A stretch of DNA of 64,000 nt from a virus (taxonomy: Duplodnaviria; Heunggongvirae; Uroviricota; Caudoviricetes): positions 1 to 64,000 of the IMG/VR virus record IMGVR_UViG_3300033153_005726; one strand, written 5' to 3'. This document shows positions 46,922 to 57,100 of this stretch, in pieces. How positions within the stretch are numbered: the stretch's first letter is position 1; each line of letters opens with the position of its first letter. The notes under the pieces are model-generated. The model was given only the letters and a program-made list of their open reading frames with translations. It was not told the origin of the DNA and searched no databases. A program made the translations under genes and the position numbers.

Positions 46922-47840
46922 TTCGGAAACTAGCTCCTATTTTAATAGCCATTCTATTGTAATAACTTACACTATTATTTTTAAAAGTATTAAATTGAAA
47001 TACTGTATTACTCCCAATAGTGTCAAAAAACGGATCAAACCGGAACGGTGTATACGTTATCGTATTTAATAATCCTGGTAATATCCCTATAGGATCAGCA
47101 GTAGTACTCATAGCCACCACAATATTTGTATATAAATACCTACCATTCACTGGGGATAATGCATAATTCTGACCGAAGGAAGATGAATTAACGGTTAAAG
47201 TGAGAGCAAGGGGATAAAAAGGAACAGATCCCCTATCATTAGTCCTTGGGTCTCGCATTAAATGTGTTGCATAACTATAATTTGGTTGAAAACGGTTTTT
47301 AAATGGATGCGTGTCTGTTATACTGCAATAAGCATAAGAAGTTTTTGTCATATCAATTGGGAGGTAATCACCAAAATAAACAATAGTAAAAATACCGTCA
47401 TGGACATTGCCTGATTCATACCCATTACACATAAGCCAAAATCCTTTCTCATCCCCAATAATATACCAAGATACATCGTGTTCGACATTGGTATATGATT
47501 TGACTATAGATTTATAGTCAGTACTTATAGAAGTTGCTGGACACGATTCCATGCCTGTATTAACATCTGACATAGTTTCATAACTAAGCACTGTTGCATA
47601 TTTTACGGTACCTCCGTATCCATTATCATCTATACGTAAGAAAAAACGGGTACCCTGTGAAGCCCTAAATACAGCTACATTATTTGGAATATCTTCAAAT
47701 TCTAAAGTATACCCCAAAGAAGCAGTTGAGCCATAACCATTAACCAATACAGCTTTTAATACAGATATTAAAGAACCTGTTGTATTGCTACCCATAGAAG
47801 GTGCATCTGTATCGGTTGATTGAAATAATCTACTAACCAT
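46911..47840 (-). CDS. structural protein
   Basis: ORF track; overlaps neighbours. Confidence 0.4.
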   Translation of the reverse strand: MVSRLFQSTDTDAPSMGSNTTGSLISVLKAVLVNGYGSTASLGYTLEFEDIPNNVAVFRASQGTRFFLRIDDNGYGGTVKYATVLSYETMSDVNTGMESCPATSISTDYKSIVKSYTNVEHDVSWYIIGDEKGFWLMCNGYESGNVHDGIFTIVYFGDYLPIDMTKTSYAYCSITDTHPFKNRFQPNYSYATHLMRDPRTNDRGSVPFYPLALTLTVNSSSFGQNYALSPVNGRYLYTNIVVAMSTTADPIGILPGLLNTITYTPFRFDPFFDTIGSNTVFQFNTFKNNSVSYYNRMAIKIGASFRNVN

Positions 47841-50800
47841 TATGAGCTATCTCCTCTTATCTGAATTGTATAATAATCAACAGGTTCTGTGGGTGGGGCC
47901 TGTAGTGTAGTCCTAATAAACCACAGTGGGAAATTAGCAGCATCAGTATTAAATCGTATACAGTTACCAGTAGCCCAACTAGAACCAAAACCATCTAACT
48001 TTATAACAAAATATGATTGGTTTGTTGTTGTTATTCCCTTTTCTTCATTGATAGGGAATTGTTTATTGTGAATAATTAAACACAATGGATCTAATTCACC
48101 TGGATACCCATAAACACCACTTACATTTCCTGGATAAGCTCCTTTAGCCCTAATAGCAGTTATTTCTTCCGAAGTTAATTCAGCAACTTTTACCTCATCG
48201 ACTGGATTCCCATCAACAATGCCAAGAGATTGAACACCAAACTTCTCTCCAATAACTGAAACTTTTGTGGTAGAAGTAAATTTAATTAACCACCGTTCTT
48301 TAATAGAAGGGGCATTAGTAACAGTGATAGGATAATCAACAAAATTATAACTTGCTAAAGGTTCTGCATCAATCCGTTCATCAGACCAAGTACCATCCCA
48401 AACAGATTGTTCAAATTCATTATATGCGCGTGCTTGCAAATCAGCAGAAGGAAGTACTGAAGAAACTAACGTACCATCAGCAGGGTAAGAATGAGTCAGT
48501 GCACTTGTAATTGCAATATGTCCAGTAACTTGCACATCAGAAGCAAGGCACATATCTTCTATGCGTGATAAAATAACCACATCACGGGGGGTGCTTTGCC
48601 CATCATACATGGCATTATGAGCAGTGCCAAAACCAGTACCACCATTATCTGGAAAACCTGCTAAAAATGTTACAGAAGCAGTCCGTATGTCATCATCACC
48701 AGTACCATCAAGAGGTTCTAAATTAACCGTATATTCGCCAGCTTCAGGTACATACTTAGGACAAGTTAAATCACCATTAAGTGTATCAAAAGCTGTAGGT
48801 AAAGCATACACTTCAATTAAATCTCTATTGGGATAAAGTGTAGCACCAGCATCTGTTATTATTTCAACCTTATGATCAACTGCCAATGGAAGTGTATTAT
48901 TATTATTTTGTGTGGCGCAAGGGTTGCCTTCCCAATCATCAATTTGAGAAGCATCCCTACTAAGTAAATCATCACCTTGTGGCCCACCTAAATCTTCACC
49001 AGTAGATGATACAGAATAATGAACAACAATAATATATCCATCCCTAAAAATAGGTACCCTACCATCAAGGGGTAGTCGTACAGGATCAAGTCCTAATAAA
49101 TCAGGATCAAGTGGAAGGTAGGAAGTAATAACGCAATTCATTAAAATAGTAGAAGCTCTAACTACATATGGTTTCCATACATTACCTCCACTCTCAGTAT
49201 TAGCATTATACCAATCTGCAGCTTGTGCCTCTGCATCATCCAGCACCCATGTACCAAAAGATACTTTGCAAAGTCCAGTGCTAAAATTGACATGTCCTAC
49301 TATTCCAGCACCAGTAATATCTCCTGAGAAGTCAGACTGCCCTTCAATTAAAGTACCACCACCAGTAGTACCACGAATAAAGGCACTTCCGGGACGTATA
49401 GGTGCTCCAGGAGCACGGAATACTAAAGTCATAGTAGGGTCTATGACACCACTACCAGCACAAAAATCTATTTCCATAGAAGCTATATTAATGGAATCAG
49501 AAATTATAGTAAATGTTTTCTGTGCATAATTTACTGTACCTACTTGTGTTTTATTTCCAACTATACCATCAACATGGGTATATAAGTTGCCATTAGTTCC
49601 ATCTACAATATGCTGACCAGCAGCACTTATGTGTAATCCTCCTGGAATTATCTCAAGGTATTTATCTGGTTTTATTGTATAGGTAGGAGCGATAGTACCA
49701 GAATAAGTATCAAAATTAGCACCATCAGTAGTGCAATAAGAACATGTAACTGATCCATCTGCTGGAAATGTAGAAGCGGCTGGTAAATATTCAATGTAAT
49801 CGAATACGTAACTCTCAACAACCCCAGGGTGCATCCACTCAGTAACCATCCAATCATACACAGCATGTGGAAATACACTAATCCTGTCAGGGTGGTACAT
49901 AATTTCACCAGTGGTGTAATTTATAGTACCTTGTACCCAATTATCTGACCCATCATCTATATCACCAGCAAAATTCCCTGCCCCATCATCTTTAAAAAAG
50001 TAAATTGGGTCTATTGTCATATCAATACGTGTTTCAGGATCGTATTCCTCAAGATCTGTATGCCATAATATATTGAAAGTTCCAGGTACAATAGGGGTAT
50101 TAGTCAAAGTCAAATGAATATGGCCTAAACCATCACGTGGAGGTGCTTCAAACACATCTGTAAAAGGGTCACCATAATTATATGATATGGTAAATACCTC
50201 AGAAGCCACAGGAGTGGATTGAGAAGCAGCGGGTTGTAACTCAACTTCACCAGTAGCATATTTAATACTACCTACAGTAATAGGAGAAGCAGCAGGACTC
50301 CAATCACCAATATCTGCAAGTTGGCATTCCCATGTAACTCCACCATCGTCAACAGTAGACCCTGGAACTATAGGCCAAGTAGGTTCGGAACTATTTGAAG
50401 TTCCAGCAACAGTACATTCATATGTGTAACCATTTTTAGTAATGGGTAGCACTTCATCAGTTAATTCATAAGATGTGCTAGCAATCCAGGTAGTAGCATC
50501 ACCAAAATCATATTCAGCATCTTGTAATAAACTATTACCATCATCTACTATACCATACTCATTGGCAGGTCCAGGTCCATTACCATCACCAACCCATGTA
50601 AACACAAACGTATTTCTCGCAACTCCATCATTTTCCGTGGTAAATTCATACTTAAGAGGCAATGTCTCACCTGATAGATCATACAATTCTGATGGTTTAG
50701 CCCAGAAAAAAAGCACCTGAGAATCAACATCTGGCATAGCACCTAACGTAATTGAAACAGAACCAGTATCATAATTAACAGAACCAGAACCTAGTGATTC

Positions 50801-52087
50801 GTTACCTTCAATGTTATTTTTTATCTGTCCATCACCTATATCCCATATAGAATACCATTTACCACCAGCAAGGAAATCTATTTTCAAACTTCCTGGTTGT
50901 GGTAATGGATTGCAACTAAATGTGTAAACAAATCCACGATTATTGGTATCAATTATAATGCCACCAGTTTCAGAAATCTGTTGAGGGGCACAAGCGGGAA
51001 TGTATACAGCAGATCCAGTACCAGAAGAAGTAATACCAGCATCACCAAAAGTGATAATACCTGTATCATATGCTATAGAACCTATTATAGTCCCGCCTAC
51101 AGATGGTGTCCATATATTATTTTGCCCATCATCTTCCAATGCCAGACCACCAGTCCAGCTAAAAGTTTTTGGTAAAACTCCCTCACCGATAAATAATTTA
51201 GCATTAGTGCTTATGCTATATTGAATACTTCTGGTAACAGTTGTTTGTGCATCCTCTGTTTGAATCATTGGTGCTATAGAAACACCAACTCCAGCATCTG
51301 TAATAGCAGTTTCTGAAGCTGCTGAAGGAACTAAAGCTGTTTGTATATCATCTACTTGTATTTGCAATTCACCAGCATTAGCATTTTCAAGTAAATTAGA
51401 AACACCATAATAACGAGAAGCATCTGCTGCAACCGTAGTATATATAGGGGTACTTTCCATATTATTCCAATCATAATAAATTTCAGCCCCATCAAGGTCA
51501 TTTGCTAATTGAGAACCTAATGTGATAGAAATATGATTTCTATAGTAGACATTCTCATCGTCTGTATAAAATTCAGTGAGTTCTGAAGATAAATCTATTA
51601 TACGGACATACTGTTCTGTCACACCTTCACCTAAAACAAGTACATCTCCTATTTCAGGGATAGGCCAATTTGCTAAAGTGATACAAGAAAGAAACGCAGT
51701 GCCAGCATAATGATTGCCCCATAATTTAATATTGGCACTTGGTCCTTTTACAAGATATGCTTCTATACGATCACGAGCATCCTCACGTACACTAAACCAA
51801 TCTTTATTAGAAAAGAAGCAAACCGACACATTAGGGTCTTTTGCCTGTTCAGTTATAATTGTGTGCGAACCATAGTACGTTTCTCTATTTGCAGTTTGTA
51901 CAGCAAGGTAAGCTTTACGCATTGATACCCGACCATATACACGATCAAGTCTTGAAATATCTGGAAACAGATTATTAACAACCCCATCAACAACTTCAAT
52001 AGAAGTCATTTGGCCACCACCTTGATCAGTATCATCAAGACGCTGTGATTCCATTAATTTAATATCTTCTTTATTTATGTCAGCCAT
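47840..52087 (-). CDS. giant tail tip / baseplate hub-like protein (1415 aa; Tal-like position downstream of TMP and Dit-like gene)
   Basis: Position and size; no motif-level confirmation. Confidence 0.4.
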   Translation of the reverse strand: MADINKEDIKLMESQRLDDTDQGGGQMTSIEVVDGVVNNLFPDISRLDRVYGRVSMRKAYLAVQTANRETYYGSHTIITEQAKDPNVSVCFFSNKDWFSVREDARDRIEAYLVKGPSANIKLWGNHYAGTAFLSCITLANWPIPEIGDVLVLGEGVTEQYVRIIDLSSELTEFYTDDENVYYRNHISITLGSQLANDLDGAEIYYDWNNMESTPIYTTVAADASRYYGVSNLLENANAGELQIQVDDIQTALVPSAASETAITDAGVGVSIAPMIQTEDAQTTVTRSIQYSISTNAKLFIGEGVLPKTFSWTGGLALEDDGQNNIWTPSVGGTIIGSIAYDTGIITFGDAGITSSGTGSAVYIPACAPQQISETGGIIIDTNNRGFVYTFSCNPLPQPGSLKIDFLAGGKWYSIWDIGDGQIKNNIEGNESLGSGSVNYDTGSVSITLGAMPDVDSQVLFFWAKPSELYDLSGETLPLKYEFTTENDGVARNTFVFTWVGDGNGPGPANEYGIVDDGNSLLQDAEYDFGDATTWIASTSYELTDEVLPITKNGYTYECTVAGTSNSSEPTWPIVPGSTVDDGGVTWECQLADIGDWSPAASPITVGSIKYATGEVELQPAASQSTPVASEVFTISYNYGDPFTDVFEAPPRDGLGHIHLTLTNTPIVPGTFNILWHTDLEEYDPETRIDMTIDPIYFFKDDGAGNFAGDIDDGSDNWVQGTINYTTGEIMYHPDRISVFPHAVYDWMVTEWMHPGVVESYVFDYIEYLPAASTFPADGSVTCSYCTTDGANFDTYSGTIAPTYTIKPDKYLEIIPGGLHISAAGQHIVDGTNGNLYTHVDGIVGNKTQVGTVNYAQKTFTIISDSINIASMEIDFCAGSGVIDPTMTLVFRAPGAPIRPGSAFIRGTTGGGTLIEGQSDFSGDITGAGIVGHVNFSTGLCKVSFGTWVLDDAEAQAADWYNANTESGGNVWKPYVVRASTILMNCVITSYLPLDPDLLGLDPVRLPLDGRVPIFRDGYIIVVHYSVSSTGEDLGGPQGDDLLSRDASQIDDWEGNPCATQNNNNTLPLAVDHKVEIITDAGATLYPNRDLIEVYALPTAFDTLNGDLTCPKYVPEAGEYTVNLEPLDGTGDDDIRTASVTFLAGFPDNGGTGFGTAHNAMYDGQSTPRDVVILSRIEDMCLASDVQVTGHIAITSALTHSYPADGTLVSSVLPSADLQARAYNEFEQSVWDGTWSDERIDAEPLASYNFVDYPITVTNAPSIKERWLIKFTSTTKVSVIGEKFGVQSLGIVDGNPVDEVKVAELTSEEITAIRAKGAYPGNVSGVYGYPGELDPLCLIIHNKQFPINEEKGITTTNQSYFVIKLDGFGSSWATGNCIRFNTDAANFPLWFIRTTLQAPPTEPVDYYTIQIRGDSS

Positions 52088-53508
52088 TACTGTACCCTCT
52101 TAAATTTTATATGACCACAATCAAATACCCTGCTAAACCCATTATTACGCATATTCTGAATTTCAGTTAAATCTGCATCAAACAAATCCAATTTAGCAGC
52201 CAGTTTGTTTTTCTGGAATTGTTGCCTTGACCCTAAGTAAGAACCCCCATGCACATAAAAATAATTCGGCTGTGTTACTTTATCTAATATAAACCCATTA
52301 TGCGTATAGGAACTTCCAGTGTATACACGTTGATCAACATAAGAATATGTTACCGTGGAATGTGCTAAGAGCCTAGAAAACCCACCAAGTATTGTTGTAT
52401 TTCTTGCTACTACATATCTGACTAACTCACCATCACTAGCTACTATAAGTAAAGCTGCTAATCTCTTCCCTGATATTAATCCTAAGTAAGATGATCCAGA
52501 ACGGAACCCATGTAAATGATGTTTTTCACAAAAATTTCTTGCTACTTTTGGTTCTACTGCCCTTAATTGTAATTTTCTAGCGAATAACCTTTTTTTATAC
52601 ATCCCTAATTTGTTTAAAATAATAGATTTTACTATATCTTTCTTATGCTTCCACTCAAAATCCCAAAACTGCATTAAATGTATATCAAGTGCAGCACATG
52701 CATCTGTTTTATTTTTATGGTACAATTTCCCCTTACCTGTATCTTCTGAGTGCCAGTAAATACCATTATATTCTATCGCCAATTTAAAATCCGGTAAGTA
52801 TAAATCAAGTTCTTTAGGTGCTATTATTTTTCTAGAACGTTCTATAACATGCACATCAAGAGAACGCAACCAAGTGACTAACTCAGATTCACCTTTAGAT
52901 TGCAATGTAGCACATTTTGGGCAGCACCAACCACGCATGTGGTTGGAAGCTATTTGGTCAAATACACCATGATCAGGACATACTATTTTAACAGTGGAAT
53001 GTGTAGTGGTATAAACAACCAAAGAATAATCATACTTATTTCCGTGAATGGCTTTAGACTTTTTAATAAACCCTTCAGTAGTGCCACGCAGGGTATTCCC
53101 ATTGAACTGTAAAGCACACTGTTTACATCCCTTACCACTAGTATGCCCACCAGCCCTTTGTCTAAATCCACCGTGCACAGGACATATTATAATAATAAAA
53201 CCACCATATCCATTGTACACAACTTTTGAATAATCGTATTTATCTCCATGTACTTCTTTAGCTTTTATCAAAAATGAATCAGTGCAATCTTTATTATTAA
53301 CAGAATTGTTTATGTCGGCACATTTTCTACACCCTTGTTTCATATTTATATGGGCAGAAGCTCTCTGAATAAAACTACCATGTACAGGACAAATAATAGT
53401 TACCATAGATTTAGAAGTACCTACAACAGAATCTGAATAATCAAAAATAGTGCCATGTATTTCTTTGGCCCATTTTATAAAATTCTCTGTATTCCATTTT
53501 TTACGCAT
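52087..53508 (-). CDS. DUF559/Vsr-like PD-(D/E)xK endonuclease with three N-terminal zinc-ribbon repeats (homing-endonuclease-like), embedded in the tail module
   Basis: Three repeats of xKAKExHGxKYDYSxVVY...ICPxHGxFxQ...H..GxGCxxC; then ELDLYLPDFKLAIEYNGIYWHS matching the DUF559/Vsr core; TAATG overlap with downstream gene. Confidence 0.55.
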   Translation of the reverse strand: MRKKWNTENFIKWAKEIHGTIFDYSDSVVGTSKSMVTIICPVHGSFIQRASAHINMKQGCRKCADINNSVNNKDCTDSFLIKAKEVHGDKYDYSKVVYNGYGGFIIIICPVHGGFRQRAGGHTSGKGCKQCALQFNGNTLRGTTEGFIKKSKAIHGNKYDYSLVVYTTTHSTVKIVCPDHGVFDQIASNHMRGWCCPKCATLQSKGESELVTWLRSLDVHVIERSRKIIAPKELDLYLPDFKLAIEYNGIYWHSEDTGKGKLYHKNKTDACAALDIHLMQFWDFEWKHKKDIVKSIILNKLGMYKKRLFARKLQLRAVEPKVARNFCEKHHLHGFRSGSSYLGLISGKRLAALLIVASDGELVRYVVARNTTILGGFSRLLAHSTVTYSYVDQRVYTGSSYTHNGFILDKVTQPNYFYVHGGSYLGSRQQFQKNKLAAKLDLFDADLTEIQNMRNNGFSRVFDCGHIKFKRVQ

Positions 53509-53517
53509 TACTTATCC

Positions 53518-54198
53518 CTAATCTACTGTGCAAGAACCATTTGGTCCTGTTACAGTATCACCAGAAGAAATGGTTCCTAATGCAACATATAATTGTAAAG
53601 TCGGGTCAGAAAAGCCCATTACGGTACCTATAACAATGGGATCACCATCACTATTAATAGTTTCACCAATATCGAATGTACCAGAAACAATTGTAACAGT
53701 TAAAGTTACATTTGCAGTACATGGTGAAGATGCTGAAGGTATTGCTTCCATAAATTTCAAATTTCTGACCTTATACCAAGCGGTCTGTTCAAAGTTATCA
53801 AATCGCAGAACATTCTCCAATTCAAGGGGAGGCGGTTCATAATGGCGAAACATAACATCATATTGAAATAATACATTACCAGTATAGGCACTGTCAACAT
53901 ATTTTTCATAACTCAAAACCATTGTACAACCAGCCGTATCCCGTAACTGCAATAGCTGTTCGCCAACACTGCGTTGAATCCAACCCATGTCATCTTTACC
54001 TTGCAAGGTAATAGGGCGTCCACGTAACTGGGTAGATTCTTGAATTACTAAAGCACCAGTAAGGGTAGTCTCAATAGTTTGTTGTACAGGTGCCCAACTA
54101 AATTCATCAACCCATTCCAAATCTTGTGGTAGTCGTATATCGAAAGATGGAGCATCACATTGAAGTCTCCACACATAATCTTCATAAACTATTGCCAT
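53518..54198 (-). CDS. tail component immediately downstream of TMP (distal-tail-protein-like position)
   Basis: Gene order only. Confidence 0.3.
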   Translation of the reverse strand: MAIVYEDYVWRLQCDAPSFDIRLPQDLEWVDEFSWAPVQQTIETTLTGALVIQESTQLRGRPITLQGKDDMGWIQRSVGEQLLQLRDTAGCTMVLSYEKYVDSAYTGNVLFQYDVMFRHYEPPPLELENVLRFDNFEQTAWYKVRNLKFMEAIPSASSPCTANVTLTVTIVSGTFDIGETINSDGDPIVIGTVMGFSDPTLQLYVALGTISSGDTVTGPNGSCTVD

Positions 54199-54199
54199 G

Positions 54200-57100
54200 C
54201 TACGACCTCATCTTTGCTAATGCTAAATCATTAAGTATTGAATCAATACCAGCTTGTGAACCATATAATTCTTCATGCTGTGTACCATTCACTGTTAATT
54301 CAAGTGAATGTTTAACTGATTCTAGAGCGGATTGTCGTACACTATTTTGTACTGTGCCAACAACACCACCAAGATTGAATCCAGGGATCTTAAAGTTGTT
54401 TAGTGCGTCAAAGAAACCAGCACCAAAGTGAGAAACAACGCCCTCTTTCATTACAAACTCGCCAGGGGTGAGAGCCGCCATAATTGAATCTTTTCCTGGA
54501 ATTGATGTGCTTGTATGCGGTACAGAACCACCAGTATTAAAACCAAATAATCCTTTACCAAGACGTTTTAATAATTCTTCAATTGAAAATGTTCTAGCTG
54601 TGCCAACTTCTTCTTTCATATCAGTGGCAGTATCCAAAGCTTTTAATGTATCTTCAGATGATTCACTAGCTAACTTATCTTGAAGGGCAGTTAATTCAGT
54701 TTGCGTTTCTTCTTTTTGTGATTCTGCATCAGTCTCAGCAGTAGCAGAAGCAGAAGCAACAGCATCTTCATAAGATGCAAGTAGGGAAGTCAATGAATCA
54801 GCGAGCGACTCATCAGCAGAATCAACAGAATCATTATAGGATTCTAAATAATCTGCCATGTCCTCTGCATAAGATTCATTCTCATCAGTATTACTGCCAT
54901 CATAACTTTCTAAATAATCAGCTAATGCTTCAACATGATCTTCATCGCGATCAGTTACATCTTCAGCATGATCAGTTGTATAATCACTCCAATCATCATC
55001 ATAATTAGTTTTAGCTTCATCATATGCGGCTTGGGCTTCATCAAGTTCAGCTTGTTTATCAGCCTCTGAAATAATCAAAGCAAGTGAAGAAATATCCTGG
55101 GTACCAGCAATAACGCCAGAAGTATTTGTTATTCCAAGGTCTTCTAATGAAGATAGTGATGAAAGCCAAGTAGACCACTTCTGGGCAGCTTCTTCTAAGG
55201 CTGTTTCTTTTTGGGTGGCGGCAGTGGCGTGATCAATACCATTTGCCATTTGTCTAACCCAATAACCCTCAATGGCACGTTCGTATGTACTCAAATCAGG
55301 TACATCGTACCCTTCATATGGATATGTATTGGACTCACCTCTCCAAGTACTAGTATCGCCATAGTTTCTGCCAGAAGTATTTATGTCTTCGGCAGCTTCA
55401 CGGGCACTGCTACGTGCATCTATTAAATCACCCCATAATTCATAATACTTATCTTTGTATTCATCATCAATATCAGCTTGCTCTTCTTCATAATCATCAA
55501 GGTTATCATTAGAATTTTCATCATAATCTGTTTCAGTATCAGTATAATCCTCAGTATCATCATCTACTGTATCATTATAAGACTCATTCTCATCTTCAAC
55601 ACTATCATCATATGTTTCTTGAGTATCGCTAAGTGTATCAGTGTTACTCTCATCCCTGTCATCTACAGATTCATTATAACTTTCTTTAGCATCTGCAACA
55701 GATTCATCATGATCTTCAGTGGTATCTACTACATCCTCATCATACTCAGCAGTAAGTGTAGCGATTTTTTCTTTTAATTCCTCAGAAATGGCAAGTAGGG
55801 CTGCTTGTTCTTTTGCAAGGATGGCAGCTTGCTCATAACTATCGCCTTGATTAGCTTTAGAAATTAAATCATCATAAATAATGTTGATTCCTTTCGTAGC
55901 ACTATCAAAATCAATAGTATTTATACTACCGCCATAAGCATAGCCATTCACTGTACTCGTAAAGGCATCTGTAAGCCTGTTCACTGACTCAACACCTAAT
56001 TCACTGGTAATGTCCTTTGAACTATTTGCGACCGTATTTTGAAAGTTTACGCTGTCTACATTAAGGTTAACGTCACGGCCTACTTCAGAACCAAACAATT
56101 CATAAAGGCGTTTTTTCATTGAGCCAATAACACCAGAAAGAACAGAACCACCACGTGCGAAATTCTGCACCACACTTGATGAGTCAAAATCAAACTGGAC
56201 TGGTCCACCTTTAGCGAAATGAGGTACGGCCTTCTTTGCCATCTCAATTGGATATGAACCTGAGTTGACCATATCCATAAAGCGTTTACCATATTTCTTC
56301 ACAGCAGCTACTTTATGAACAAACTCACCTTTCATCAGCATGGCAGGTACATCATCTTTACTACCACCACCCCTTGTTATGAATGGGTTGGCAAGTTTTC
56401 TGAATACACCGCCACCTGCATCAAAACCTTGTATTTCTCCACCATGTGCTCTAGCTTCAGAAGGTGGTGACCCTTCAGTTTTATATTTAGTGGTGATGGT
56501 GATAGTTTTATCTTTCAACTTATCAATAGCACTTTTAAGTTCACGGACTTTGTCAATACCAGTTACCTTTGCTATCACTTCTACAGTTTTGTTTACTAAA
56601 GAATCTATAAGCTGTTTTAAAGTAACAACATCCTCAGTGCCAGTTACATTTGCAACAACATCTACAACTGTAGGATTAGCTTGGTCTATTAAACCTAACC
56701 ATTCCTCAAGGGAACGCATATCATCAGAACCATTCACTTTCACATTTACTGTAATATCAGTGCCACCACCAAGTTCTTCTAACTGAGCAACAAACTCAGT
56801 AAAGTCCTCTTGAGAAAGTTGGATTGTTACTTCTGGCACTTCATCTCCAATAGCATTTAGTTTTTCTTTTATTTCATCTATCTTTTCAGTGGCAGGGGCA
56901 GCAGGAGAAGCAGCAAGTAGTAACTGGCCAGTAACCTCAAATGTCTCACCAGCTAGGGTCTGTAATTCAACCTTAGCTTCGTCAACGCCTTCAGTATTAA
57001 CAGCAAGCATTACACCTTCTTCTGGTAACACTTTAGGTAATTCTTCCAGGTCTTGCGTAGCTTTTTCTGTATCAGCCTCAACCTCCATTGTGACAGGTTC

